A model generated the notes under the pieces. That model had not been told where the DNA came from and searched no databases. It saw nothing but the letters and a program-made list of their open reading frames with translations. Below are positions 11,600 to 24,942 of a DNA stretch of 64,000 bases, piece by piece (position 1 is the first letter of the stretch; every line of letters begins with the position of its first letter). The DNA is taken from contig OX597819.1 of assembly GCA_951406725.2 (NCBI GenBank), positions 74,958,001-75,022,000 on the forward strand, read 5' to 3'. A program made the translations under genes and the position numbers. This DNA comes from Octopus vulgaris (taxonomy: Eukaryota).

Positions 11600-12550
11600 A
11601 ACATGGATTGAAGGACGGGGCCAGAATATTGAAGGCCACTAGAACAAACAAGCTGGACTACTGGGGCTATGGGATAGAACTCACTATCCAGGCAACAGTG
11701 GAAGATTTAAACAATAGCAGAGGAGATAGTGTTGCCTGACGGCTTTGCACTAAGAATGAAGGTGGAGGGCAGGCCGCCTGTGTGTTTTGAATGTGGTGAG
11801 AAGGGTCACATGAAGGCGAGGTGCCCGCGGAAAGAACAGAGAGGGATGCAAGAAAATGTGGAACAGGCAGTGCTGGTGGAGAATGAAGAGAATATAGCGG
11901 AGGAAGAGGGATTCACGCTAGTTGAAAGAAAAAAGGAAGAGAAGCGGAAGAGTGAACCCACCACCGACTAACCAGAAAAAGAAGAAAGAAGAGGTGGAAA
12001 GGGAAGATGCAACGAGAAAGAAAGATGACAAAAGTAAGGTGGAGAAGGAAAGTGGAAAAATAATTAAGAAGGTATGCGACAATGAGTCAGAGGAGGAAGC
12101 AAGGATGAAGACGTTAGGTGATTTGGCGGAAGATTCAGGAGCATAACTACAAGAGGGTGAGAGAAACTGTTTACAGTAGAGACATAAGAAGGTTTCAGAC
12201 TCGGAGAAGGAAAGTAATAAGAGAGGTAGAAAAAGCAGAAAGGAGAAAACCTAGAGGAGAGAAGAACAAGTGAAACTTTGTGACTTAGTCTAAAAACAAG
12301 GAAGTGGAAAAAAGAATTGTGAAATTCAAACACATCATAAGTGTAAAATTACCCAGTGACGTATACCCAGAAAGTGTGAATGCCATTGTGGTCGATAAGG
12401 AAACCTATAAAAAACTTACAGACATGTGCGGGAATAGAATTGACCCGCCCGGAGCGTTGGTGGAATTCAATGAACTGCCACCAGTAATTGAACTGACAGA
12501 ACTGGAGCCGTATATGAGGCATTAAAAAGAAAAAAAGAGTAAATAAAATT
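11600..12550 (+). mobile_element. ORF1 3' half with A-rich tail, copy 4
   Basis: DYWGYGIELTIQAT..LPDGFALRMKVEGRPPVCFECGEKGHMKARCP (perfect CX2CX4HX4C) and a C-terminal domain to stop at 12525, followed immediately by an A-rich run. Confidence 0.8.
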
Positions 12551-12773
12551 ACTTTATTTTATAAAATTTGCAAAAAATTAAAAGTTGATGAAAGACTGTA
12601 GTTCTTAAATTTGAAGTTTAGAATATCTGGGATAATGTCAAACTGTAAACAGTGATTAATAATTGGAAATCAGTCTCCATCACCTAACAATTCTGGTCCA
12701 CGTAATCGGAATCAGATTTAGGCATAAGCTAAACAAACTTTCAGCTTAGAGCCTTACAAGACAGCAGAGACTT

Positions 12774-12867
12774 CGGCGGTGGTAAAGAATACGTACACCA
12801 CTCGTTTTCGGCGTAACAAAAACCCTAACCCCTAAACACCGGGTGTACGTATTCTCTACTTTCGCCG
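12774..12867. mobile_element. ~94-bp MITE-like element with internal CCCTAA units
   Basis: 26-bp imperfect TIRs cggcggtggtaaagaatacgtacacc / ggtgtacgtattctctactttcgccg. Confidence 0.65.
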
Positions 12868-13538
12868 AGCTTCCAGTAACAAGTTCTGCTAATTTTCTCT
12901 TAAAGACCGTCTAGCAAAGTTTTTTTCTTTTTAAAGGAACCTCCAACTTCATATAATTTAGGGGCTCAACAACTTCAGATTCAGCACCTTTGGCAACAGT
13001 GCCAAGATAAGTACCAAATCAGGCAAGGATAGTGGAGCTAAGTCCAGCAACAGTTTAAAACAATCTTAAACGTGACCACGTATTTGGAAAATTGTAATAG
13101 ATATGGTTCTGATTTCTTTTAGGGGGTGGGATTGTAATATTTATACTTTTCTCAAGAGCAATTAGCACCAACAGAGTCAGTCACACTAATGTAATTTGAG
13201 AAGTGAAGAGCTAATTATGTTAAAGAACACAATTTATGCGTGTTGATATGTATTCTAAATCTACTAATTAAGCACACTTGGACTCGATATTTTAGTATTA
13301 AATACTCGTAGCTTCCTAATTAACACTTCATTGTACATTTTGAAATGTTATAAATTCACTGCAAAGAAGCATTTTGCAGAACCTACACTCAATGAGTACT
13401 GTAAATCTTATATAATAGACAATGACTACCACGACAAAATTTTATTGTTGCTAAAAAAAAAAAAATATGGGGGAAATCAGTTGGTTTTCAAAAGTTAGAA
13501 TGCCTGTTCTTTGGCATTTTTGAAACACCTCTTTACTG

Positions 13539-13583
<45 letters not shown>

Positions 13584-14279
13584 TATATATAAAATACAAA
13601 CTTTTTAATACATTAAAAATAGATGCATCAAATTCATGCAAATACAAAATAATTAAGCCCAATACATATACTGCGATCTGGATATTTGAGTAAGGTTTTG
13701 TGGGTATTACACATATCCATTGCAAGTATATTGTGCGAGTGATGTGGAAGACTTAGATAACATAGGGAATTTAAAAAAAATAAAAACCCAACGTATCTAA
13801 GTTCTACCTCACGTTAAAAACAAAGCCATCTGGTTAGTTTGCAGCCTAAAGTGGGAGCCTAAATATATTTTACAAATAACTTCGGTTTAGAAAAACACAA
13901 GTGTTAAACGAAATTGGCTAAAGTCAATTGTCACCAATATTTAAGAATTATTTGCGAAGCGAAAATTATTTTAGTCTTTGCATATTCAATCAATCTCAAA
14001 AAACTGATTTGAAACAGTTAAAATTATAAATAACTAAACAGGAAAATGTACAACAACTCCAGCTTTCACAAAAATTTCATGACAATTTGAACTAGAGACT
14101 TCCTGAAATCGCTGTAGTTGTAGAAGTACCCACGTAAGAATGAAATTGAAAGTATTTTTTAAAACTTTCAATTGTTAGAATATTAGTTATGCTGTTTCAC
14201 ATAAAATTATTAACATATCAACTGAATATCAAATGGCTGACTGTAAATGCTTCAAGGAAACTATTCTGCATACTAATAC

Positions 14280-14850
14280 TATAATTCTCAGTCTGGTTTC
14301 GTCTGGTAAAACGAGCTCTTCAACAATCTTTTGGCGGTCTGGTAAGCTGATATGGACCATTACATCTATCCCATATCCCCATCAATTGACCTCCGCAGTC
14401 TTCGACATTTTCAGGACTTCCGCGTCATCTTCTGTATTGTAGAGGATGGCTGTCACAAGCCATGACTCGTTAATTTCAGGGGGCACTCTCCCTATCCTTA
14501 CTCTGGCCGCACGTTTGCCACAGTAAGTAGGTAATAGTGCCCACTTCGCCGATTTCAAGGCTACGGTAGAGTATTTCTTAGCTTCGTTCTCATTGGCGAG
14601 GTGTGCCTCCACCGCGCCAAAATTTCGTCTTCTGGTGTAGAACGTGGTTATCTCCTTTATCTCTTTTAACCATTCCTCGACCACTTCTACGGCTGCTATT
14701 TCTACCTTCTTTGTTGCTATATCCAACGTTCTATATGTGATGGTTTACCTTTCTGTATTCTCAGTCACTTCTTTCGCGGGTGTCAGCTTTAGAATTCTCC
14801 CTCCTCCTACAATAAGGTGTTATACTTCTTGATGTGTTATACTTCTCAAC
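14280..14850 (-). mobile_element. Tx1/L1-type ORF1 fragment, copy 5
   Basis: ORF 14382-14726 RRRNFGAVEAHL..LLPTYCGKRAARVRIGRVPPEINESWLVTAIL, continuing WGYGIDVMV..LPDETRLRII. Confidence 0.8.
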
Positions 14851-15164
14851 TTCCGCTGAGGTCGACTTTCCGATGTCGATGTAATCGAATTCCTTGATCC
14901 CTCCAAAATTGCTAGCCTTTTACCAACATTAGAATTATTTACACAACTAGAAAGAATGTACTACTACGAAGGTTTATAAAGTCTGTAGGAGGAGAGTCAT
15001 TCTTAACACTACAGAATGTGAAAGTAAGCACCGGCTTTACGAAGAGCTGTGATAGAAATACTCATTACTATAATTAGGATACTGCATTAGGATAATGCAA
15101 CAGCATAGCTAAAGTGGGTCGAGAGGAGGCACTTTAAATATGCATTATTATGTGTGTGTAGAAG

Positions 15165-15362
15165 GTGTTATTGCCAAGTGGTAAGGGCGCTGCACTCACG
15201 ATCGCGAGATGGTTTTAATTTCTGAAGAGGGTGGTATGTTGTGTTCTTGAGCAAAACACTTCATCTCACGTTGCTTTGTGATCACTTCGATACTTGAACC
15301 TGGCATGTGGTACAGCGTGCAACTGTTGGAGCAACGTCGATTTGATGGCGGGAGTGAGCTAA
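15165..15362 (+). mobile_element. Decayed tRNA-derived SINE fragment
   Basis: A-box-like ttgccaagtggtaagggcgctgcactc followed by gtgttcttgagcaaaacacttcatctcacgttgct. Confidence 0.5.
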
Positions 15363-15366
15363 ATGA

Positions 15367-17680
15367 TTTTTTTATTGCCCACAAGGGGCCAACATAGAGG
15401 GGACAGCATAATATGATTTGGAGTCAGACACACGAATGAGAACAACATATAAAATGGGTTTAAATATTACAATAAATATAAAATCGGATGATAGGACAAC
15501 GACCTAATACAGTACAAATGGAGTGGGGAGACGGGTTCAGCTTGAACCCCACAAGCTCCGTTTCGCCACTGGTACTTAGGGTAAGTCTTTTATCGTATTC
15601 ATATGGTTACATTCATTCGCAACCTCCGTGCTACATTCATCCATGGACGAGTGAACATTTTCGCGCACAGGCATCTTCTCTGTAGCCCTATTTTTCTTTT
15701 TAAGTGAAAAGTGAAAAACAAAATCACCGGTGCAGGGCCAGAGATGAAGCTATCTGTCTTCAATCCTTTCACTCTAGTCTTCCATATCACCTCTTACGCA
15801 ATTGCTACTACTACGAGAAAATAATTCTTACCTTCTTTCGATAAGGAAGCAGGTGGGTCAAGTTTTAGAATTGACTCAGACGACAGCTGTACTCTTCTTG
15901 TACTCGACAACAGTTGTTCAGCATAAGCCCACACGTCCGACACCTCCGAGCACTGAACATTAGCATACAGGACGGTTTCCCTCTCCTGCTCTCATCTTGC
16001 ACAGGTCGATGCGTCGGGACAACCGTGTCTTGTGAGCTTATCTCGAACGGAAAAGGCTCCTCGGTAACACTGTCAAACCAGAGACTTCTGAAAGTTATCC
16101 AGGATCTTCGGCCCGAATGTAAGTAAGAACATCGAGACCTAGGATTTCCCTTAAGGTATCATCACATTCCGACTCTACCAACCCTCTATAGAAAGGTGCG
16201 ATTGAACCACCACCGCTGGCATTACCCGAGCGGCGGAATAGCAGGAAAGCCTTACGGTACTCCGTAAACCATATACCCAACTTCGATCTACGATAGTACC
16301 ACGTCCACCGAAATTAGTGAACTTGGGAAACATCTGTTTCGCAAGCGGAGACCACACCCGTTCAGCATCCAGGTGGAGCCACAGATGCCTCAACCTCAGC
16401 GTATGTCTGCGCATCAACAGCCAAGGCATCCCTAATACACCCTTTAACGGTTCTTGGCAGCAAATAGAGCGTTTCACAAGTGGTTTCGAGCTCCTCCACA
16501 AGAAGTGGAAGAGCTGTCTTTCCAGCTTGATTAACCACGAATCAGGGCAAGGAACGACGGTTAGGGTGTAAATGATGACCGATGCGTAAACACATTGGCC
16601 ACCTCCGCCCTCCTTTTCAGGGATAGCCACCTCCAAGACCAGGTCTTGTCTACATGGGCCACCCTGCTCAATACCTCAGCCCAGTTCTTCTCTATTTGGA
16701 GGTCCGGACTAAATCAAACTCCTAACAACTTAATCGGACCCTCCGTCCAACGTCCCTCGACGCTATCAGGAGGCAACAACTTGCCTCTCCAGGTGCCGAG
16801 CTGCAAGCCGACTGACTTTTCACGATTAATCTTTGTTCCTGCCACCGCCTCGTAATCCTTAATGGCCTCGCCTACCCTCAGTAGGTGTTTCATTTCGGTC
16901 GCGATGATGGTGATGTCGTCCACGTATGATGAAACCGACTTTCCACAACTTGGCTCCCTCGAGATGCCATTCAACTTCCGCAGCAATGGCTCAAGAGCCA
17001 GCACATACAAAAGCGAGCACATGGACACACTTGGCGAACCGAGCGTTTGATACAGAACGGCTTTGACAGAAAACCGTTCACCTGAACAATCGAGTCGATG
17101 TTGTCATATATGGATATGATCCACCTAAGGAAGCCAAGACCCAGGCCGAGCTGCGCGAGAACCGACACCAGATAACGATGGTCAACCTTATCGAAAGCTT
17201 TGCTTGGTCTAAATGGATCATTGCCCCACCCTTGCCAGGTTTACTATTAAATCCCTTAAAGGTGTAGCGTAGAAGATGGAAATTATCCTGAATGGTTCTG
17301 CTGGGAATGGCACATGTCTGTGCCTCTCCGACCAAACCATCCGCGATACGTACCAATCTTTTTGCTAACACCTTGGTCAAAATCTTTAGCTCTGTGTTTA
17401 GCAGAGTGATGGCCTAAAAATATCAATGGAATCCCCCTTGTCCGGGTCCTTTCTGACTAGCGACACCACTCCCCGGCGCACAGACCCGAGAATACACCCA
17501 TTCTGCTGCCAGTTCGTATAAATATTCACCAGTAGGTGCCTGCACAAGTCTGGCATTCTCCTATATAACTCGTAGGGTAGACCATCCAGTCCCGGCGCCT
17601 TACACACGTCGCAGTCCGCCATAGCCTCTATCACTTCCTCAGGTGTGATCAGTCCTTCACAGCACTCCGCATCCCGCAGC
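15367..17680 (-). mobile_element. 5'-truncated Tx1-clade LINE ORF2 (RT plus C-terminal zinc domain) and 3' UTR, pseudogenised
   Basis: KAPGLDGLPYELY, FRPITLLNTELKILTKVLAKRL..AQTCAIPSR, LDQ.KAFD, LLYVLALEPLL..YVDD, INREKS, FHFLW, QCYRGAFSVRDKL, VIWKTR. Multiple frameshifts. Confidence 0.92.
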
Positions 17681-17789
17681 TATTTCTAACAGTGTGTTAC
17701 TTTATAGAGACCCCCTTAGTTGACTTGGTGTCTCGTTGGGTCTGTTAAGCGATAGTAATTAACCATATATAATATACATTGTATATGAG

Positions 17790-17935
17790 AAATCTCTCTC
17801 AAATCAAACCCTAACTTGTCTTTCTTTTAAAGAACATTGGATAAGGAAGTCTAGGGTGCACTATAACTCGGGACAAAAGAAGGGATTGTCGTGATTGGAA
17901 TGTCTTTGATCATAGATCTTAATCAGGCGGAACAA
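17790..17935 (+). mobile_element. Old dispersed repeat family D (SINE 3' part)
   Basis: aaatctctctcaaatcaaacccta..acattggataa..ggaatgtctttgatcatag, recurring many times in the window. Confidence 0.55.
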
Positions 17936-18919
17936 TCACTACCACCGCCGTCCAGTCAAAATTAAGCAGAGCGTGACATGCTTCAGTAAATCCATGTAGT
18001 AATCATCAAGCTGTGTGATCCCGTTTTTCTTTTCTTTTCATATGTTATTCAGAAATACTGCACCACGGTAAGGAAAAATGGATCATTTCTGTTTGGCTAC
18101 ATCCGTGGAAAGCTTAAAATTTTCAACAGATCCAGGAGATTTCGCTTACTAATTACAAGTCGAGCGACCACGTAGAGACTATTTCGTTGACACGAGAAAC
18201 CTCAACAAAGCAATAGTCAAGTATGTCGTGGGATGTTAATCATTTCCGTTCGTAAATAAAGTTAAACTTTTAAATGATAGATTTTTAACCGAAAACTTCT
18301 CTCGTGGAACACAAGTAGCTCAATTAACAAGCCGACAGTTTTTTTTTTATCAGTGAGTCACATAGTCTATAATATTGATTATCTCCGTTACATGAACAAC
18401 AATGTTACACAAAAGACAAACTTGAAAGGATAAAGAAAACACAGTTAGAAAAAAGAACAGAGGACAAAAAGGTAATGTTTACACTCAAATTATAGACTCA
18501 TTAATAATTGTACAATTTAATCGTAGACTGACAGAAGAGTTATTTCCCTTGTCAAAGTTTCCTCCCTTATCTAACATTACTCGACAACTTTCGTCCGAGA
18601 AAAAGCACTTAATATTTACGAAGACATACGAGTAACTCGTTTAGTGAGGAATATTACGCTTTCGGTCGGTTATATGTCTTAGAAACTGTGATAAGCTCTT
18701 CCCTAATGTACCTACAGGCAACAGACCAAACATTTCACCTCAATATTTAAACAGATTTTTTCTTTAGACATTTCAACATTTTTCTCTAGGGTCTCTTTTT
18801 CAGAATTTGGTTCCGGGTTTACAGAATCTTTAAATAATTCTGTATTTTGGCGACTAATGTTATGGAAGGTGTTTTTTTTTATTTTGTTACTTTAATAGTT
18901 ATAAACTACACTAAGACTG

Positions 18920-19110
18920 TGAGATCCGAGAAGCAGATGCCCCTGCTTAGCAGCATTTGGCCTGTCCTTAAGTTCCGAGTTCAAATTCCGCCGAGGTCGA
19001 CGTTGCCTTTTATCTTTTCGGGGTTGATGAAATAAGTACCAGTTGAATACTGGATGACTTCCTCATCCCGCACTCCGAACTTGCTGGAATGGTGCCAAAA
19101 TGTTAGACCA
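18920..19110 (+). mobile_element. SINE family B, degenerate
   Basis: gagttcaaattccgccgaggtcgacgttgccttttatcttttcggggttgatgaaataagtacc. Confidence 0.75.
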
Positions 19111-19609
19111 ATAATTAACTACTCTTGTAAGTCGCTTTGTAGCTAGATGAATATTTTAAAAGAGGTCCATTCGTGATGTTTAATTAAAATTAAAGCCAAA
19201 ATTCTAAACGTGAAATCTGAAATGGTTTGTAACGTTTCGTGTATATCTCCATTACCTTTACTTCCACATGAGAATATAATTTTGTTGACTTATAATTATT
19301 AAAAGTAATATACAGAACTAGTAGAGCATCAGGTAAAATGTATTGTGATATTTAATTAAGTCCCATTATCTTGTAAGATCAATTTTTATCGAAGTCAGGA
19401 AGGTAAAATAATTGTCAGAAAAGCACTCTACTCAGCACAATTTTATTGACTGTACACTCCCTTTAAGTCTGGTTTTGTGTTAATGTAAAAAAATTGCTTG
19501 AATGTAATTGCAACCTTGCTTCATTAGGCACTTTTTAAATTTCTAAATTGACTAATTCGAACCATACTTTACATGACAAATAGTAATTAAATACATATAT
19601 TGCATTCAA

Positions 19610-20041
19610 CATTTGCATAAGGCCAACAATCTTGCGGTAGAGGGAAAGTCGATAACATCGACCCCAGTGCTCAACTGGTACTTATCTTATCAACACCAGA
19701 GCTCAACTGGTAACTATTTTTTTCAACCCCGAAAGGATGAAAGACAAATTCACTCTCAGTGGAATTTCAACTTATAATATTAAGACGTGCTAACGATTCT
19801 GCCAGCTCACCGCCTTAATTAAATATATATATATTTCTTTACTACCCACAAGGGGCTAAACACAGAGGGGACAAACAAGGACAGACAAACGGATTAAGTC
19901 GATTACATCGATCCCAGTGCGTAACTGGTACTTAATTTATCGAACCTGAAAGGATGAAAGGCAAAGTCGACCTCGGCGGAATTTGAACTCAGAACGTAGC
20001 GGCAGACGAAATACGGCTACGCATTTCGCCCGGCGTGCTAA
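19610..20041 (-). mobile_element. Two adjacent SINE B copies (old 19610-19816; young 19832-20041)
   Basis: The young copy is nearly identical to 11022-11253. Confidence 0.85.
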
Positions 20042-21089
20042 CAATATCTCCAGTTGTGTTAAAGCTATTTTAATCGTTCTTCACATTTACCGTACTAATA
20101 AAGTCACTGGAGTATCGAATAAAGTGCCTCGCCATGTTTAGTGACGACCAGTTATATTCTTGGTCCAAATCTCACCAGTGCCAATCTAGTGCTTGGGTCG
20201 ATTACGAACATTCTATATTGCATATTAATTATAATAGTATCTGATCAGATTAATTATGATAGTATTTTGTCTGTTATATGACGGGTAACTTTGGAAGTAT
20301 ACTTTTGCCACCTTGGATAATATCAGGAAATGTGGCATACATACAATTTCAAAATGTAACGAAAGAGGAGTTTTTAAATGAATTTCCAATTGCAGCTATT
20401 TTTACATGTATCTTTCGTGTTTTGTTTATAAGAAATGTCTCCTCTTCTCTCTCTTCCTCCTGCTGTGTCAATGGCTCTTTCCTTCTCATTGAGCGTGTGT
20501 TTGTTTAGCGTTTCGTTACTCACTGCCTGCCACAAAGCCTAGTGTGCACTCATCCTCATTCTGCACATGTTGCGTTAACTCTCTTTGTAACTCCCCTTTA
20601 CTCTCTCTCTCTTTCTCTCCTCTTCTCTCTATTTGATTTGAATGGAAAGACGAACAAGCATTTACATTGACTGTTCTTAGAAATATCAGAAGGTTTTAAC
20701 ACGGGGATAAAGCTTGAAATTATTTTCCCGACCTCCTTCTCCTCTTCTTCCACCTACACCTTCTGTAAAGAAAGAAGAAATGCCGCTAAACATTTTGCCC
20801 GGCATACTAGCGATTCTGCCAGCTCGCTGCCTTGACACAACTAAATATTATAATATATTTTTTCCGACTCTCAACCGTTTGTGCCACTTCATAGTCCTAC
20901 AATTAGTTTCTATATCGGTTTTTGCGAACATATGCACGGATGAGTGATTAAGAAGTTTATTTCGTAATCATAGAGACACAGGCGGTGTAGAGAATGAAAG
21001 TTATTGGCAAGTTCGATTGCACTTCCATGCAGTGAGATCGAACCAAAGATCTCATGATTACGTGCATTCAAGCTTTGTGCATGAAACTG

Positions 21090-21298
21090 AACAAATGGAC
21101 ACCGTGAAAGCTTCCCGCAGGATGGATTGTATCTATAATTCAAAGGACCAGCCTTATCACGCTGACGCTGAATGAGAATTATGTTCAAGGAACGTGTATC
21201 TATGATATACTGAGCCATTTGCACGATAATCAAACAGGTTAGACGTTCGATTGATCGAACAACTGAACACTGTTAATCGAAATAGACGGAGAATCCAG
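21090..21298 (+). mobile_element. Decayed SINE/LINE-tail repeat (similar copy at ~30420-30560)
   Basis: The motif taattcaaagg..cagc..tactnagcca..cacg..tagt is shared between the two loci. Confidence 0.45.
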
Positions 21299-22157
21299 TC
21301 ATATAAATTTCTAACTGGTACAGGACAACAATATATAGAGGAATAGGTGTTATCGATTTGAAGTAATCCCAGGGGGATGAAAGACTGAAATTTTAAAGCC
21401 GAATATAGACTACGAAGGCATTTTGTCTGACACTATTTCAGTTCTGTTATCCCATCCCCAAGTAGTGAGTAACGATATCAGAATCTCATTCGTCAGGGAA
21501 TTTACCATTCTTATGCTGCAGAGCAGAACGTGAGCTAATTTTTGCCACTAATTTCTAAAATACAAGCGTAAAAAACTCGTATTTGGAAGCGGAAGGTATA
21601 GGGAATTTAATATCCATTGGTACTTTACTCAGTGGTACCATATCATTTTTAATCGATCTGAAAGAATATAAAAGTCAATCCCGGTGGCATTTGATTTCAG
21701 AATGTGAATGGAAGACTGTAAAACACGTAAAGAATTGTTGTCTAACGCTCTATCGATTCCACCACCCACTGACTTGATCTCATTCACAAATATTACTTTA
21801 GTAATTAACATTTATAATATCAATCTGCCACGCTCTAAATATGTAAAAGCATTACAGTCTCCAGAATGAAATGCAAAAATATATGTTGTAGATATTCATA
21901 GTTCTCTCTGAACTTCCAGCGGATACAGCTGCTAATTATTTTCTAATGATTCTTTTTTCTTCTTGTTTTAATAAAGTATTGTTTTCTAATAGTATATGCC
22001 GTAATATTCATAATGATACAGTAAGCAGAGCAATAATTGAAACTAGGTTAACAGTCACTACACTGCCGGTAAAAATATTTGTTAATCATGCACGTTCTTT
22101 CATAAACTGTTCAAAGAGAAAGTCTTTTTTTTTGAAGTCTGTATTGTATTGTCTATA

Positions 22158-22509
22158 TTCTTTTATTCTTTTACTTGTTTCAGTCATTTGATTGTGACCA
22201 TGTTGGAGCACCGCCTTAAAGGGGTTTTTTAGTCGAAGAACTCGACCAAAGGAATATTCTTCGTAAGCCTAGTACTTATTCTATCGATCTCTTTTGCCTA
22301 ACCGCTAAGTTACAGGGACGTAAACACACCAATATCGGTTGTCAAATATATATACGATGGGTTTCTTTCAGTTTCCGTCTACCGAATCCACTCACAAGTC
22401 TTTGGTCAGCCCGAAGGTAAAGTAGAAGTTACTTGCCCAAGGTGTCAAGCAGTGGGACTGAACCCGGAACTATGAGGTTGGGAAGCAAGCTCCTTACCAT
22501 ACAGCCACG
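22158..22509 (-). mobile_element. SINE family A (tRNA head, CORE-like ccttgggcaagt, 3' gaaacaagtaaaaga)
   Basis: Matches the copies at 41867, 42511 and 62235. Confidence 0.85.
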
Positions 22510-23060
22510 TTGAAAGCCATACAGAAACACACTCACACACATACACAGACACATGCAGCTAAAAAAACTGTGTTATATATATGCATATAGTCTTTTTTGA
22601 AGTCTGTGTTGCGTTGTGTTGACGGACTTGCACTTAAAATTCACACGTTTTTAATGAAAACTTGTTGGTTACTAAGGTGACAACACTATTTATCTTTCAA
22701 TCTCTTTCTTTCTTTCTCTTTCTCTCCCTCTCATTGTATTTCTCTCTCAACAACAACGTTATTCCTTCTTTCCTCTCTATACACAGATGTTGTTAAGGGC
22801 AGACAGACGGAGATCAGCTTCTCTTTTATAATATAAGGTAATCAATGGATGTATGTGTTCAAAATACCAGTTATCTACATAATGAAGTGCATCGTTTGCA
22901 TTCCACCGCTTAATCTAATACAATCACTTGGTTCCTGGTTGCCTTCAGCAGTGTTCAGTTTTGCTGTCAACATTCATACCAGGTATCCGGTCTGTGGATA
23001 ACTTTCTCCACCGACCAGCAAGACTCAGGAAAATGTCATGTGTATCACCTCCTCTGACTG

Positions 23061-23455
23061 AGCATTTCACCCATCATTACGTTCTGAGTTCAAATCCCGC
23101 CTTTCATCCTTTCGGGTTCGATAAATTAAGTACCAGTGAAACACTGGGGTCGATGTAATCGACTAGTCACCTTCCCTAAAATTTCAGACCTTGTGTCTAT
23201 AGTAGAAAGAATTATTATTATTATTATTATTATTATTAAGGCGGCAACCGGTCAGAATCGTTAACACGCAGAGCAAAATCTTTAGCGGCATTTCGTCCGT
23301 CTTTACATTTTGAATTCAAATTCTGCCGAGGTCAACTTTTGACTTTAAATCTCTCGGAGTCGATAAAATAAGTACCAGTTCAGTGCTGGGAATCTATGTA
23401 ATCGGCTAGTTCCCTCCTATGAAATTTCAGGCCTTTTGTCTATAGTAGAAAGGAT
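23061..23455 (+). mobile_element. Tandem SINE B copies separated by (ATT)n
   Basis: Core gcctttcatcctttcggg..gataaattaagtacc, with tail ..ccttgtgtctatagtagaaagaatt. Confidence 0.85.
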
Positions 23456-24063
23456 TATCGTTATCATTGTGTTTGTAAGTGAAAAACATCGTTTTGGAGC
23501 TCGTAAATTGTTATTGAATGTTTTTGTTTTGAAAAAAACCCCAAAAAACGCAGTTTTGGTTTTTGTTGTACCATTTTATTATTGATCCAACCAACATTTC
23601 TGAGGCCAGTTGGCTCTGAGAAATATTCGACCCTTCGGGACGAATTTTGAGGATTTTTAATAGCAAAGTTACATTTGTTTTTAAATAAATGCATTCTAAA
23701 TCTAGTGGGGCAGTTGGCTGTTCCAAAAGCCATTACATTACCAATTTCCCACTGCTACTGGTCAATAGAGAATGTATACACAACAATAGCAATATCAACA
23801 ACATAAAAAAATATCGGTAAAAACAACACACACACACAAAACCACGTGAAATCAACACTTCCACTACTTCACCACCTGTGCTGATCGAAGTAATAACAAC
23901 ATGCAAGAACAGCAAAAAGGAGAAAACTAAATTGTCGATTCAGCTTAAATATTAATCTGGGCACCAAAATTAACAAATCCAAAGTTACAGGGTTCACACA
24001 CGTCGCGCGACAGTAAAAAGTAATTAGACTAACGTTTCAAGAATTGAAAAATGTTAAAGACGG

Positions 24064-24232
<169 letters not shown>

Positions 24233-24942
24233 TATATATATATATATATATATAAGACCAAAACCTTACAATGTCTGGTCGAAACATAGAATTAAACATT
24301 TTAGAAACCTTCCGACAAGAAACCAATCTGGGAACTGATTATTAAAACGAAGGAATAAAAGCCAACACAGCAGCAAACAGACAAGTACCTCAGACTGATT
24401 TGGGGCACGTAGTCACTGGAGGAAATAATTTGGCACGGTAGACGTGAGATACCCCGCGTAGGATGAGGCCAGGACACAACAACACTAAAGAGTGGCGAGG
24501 TGAACTAGTCGTCATACCAATCTACCTTGACTGCAAGATAGTAACGATAAAGAGTGTCGGTGTGCCTGTAGAAGTAAACATTTGCTGATTTGGTAGCGGT
24601 GGTCCTCTTCGACATAGAGGACAAAAGTAAAATTATGCAGGCTCAGAGACAACAAAAACAAAATTGCTCGGGACAAAGGATGGATCTGTTGATCCGAACA
24701 GATCATAAAAGTATAAAGTCCATCCCAAACTTGATCAAACTTGTGCGTGGCCGTTGAGAGCTGAAAGCTCTGTCATTTATATGGTGACAAAACCATCCAA
24801 AGGCTTCCTGTCCATAGCAAAGGAGTGTAGAACGCCACTTCTGCCGACACCATCACCACTTCTGCCGACACCATCACCACAGCAGTAACCACAGACATTA
24901 ACAGCACCACCAGCAGAATTCAGTCACAACAGCAACTGACGT

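Noticed and set aside
1230-12525. Zinc-knuckle ORFs as LTR-retrotransposon gag or a domesticated host gene family
   Set aside because: There are no LTRs, protease or integrase. The same ORF1 type precedes APE and RT at 24255-28510, and every copy has stops or frameshifts.
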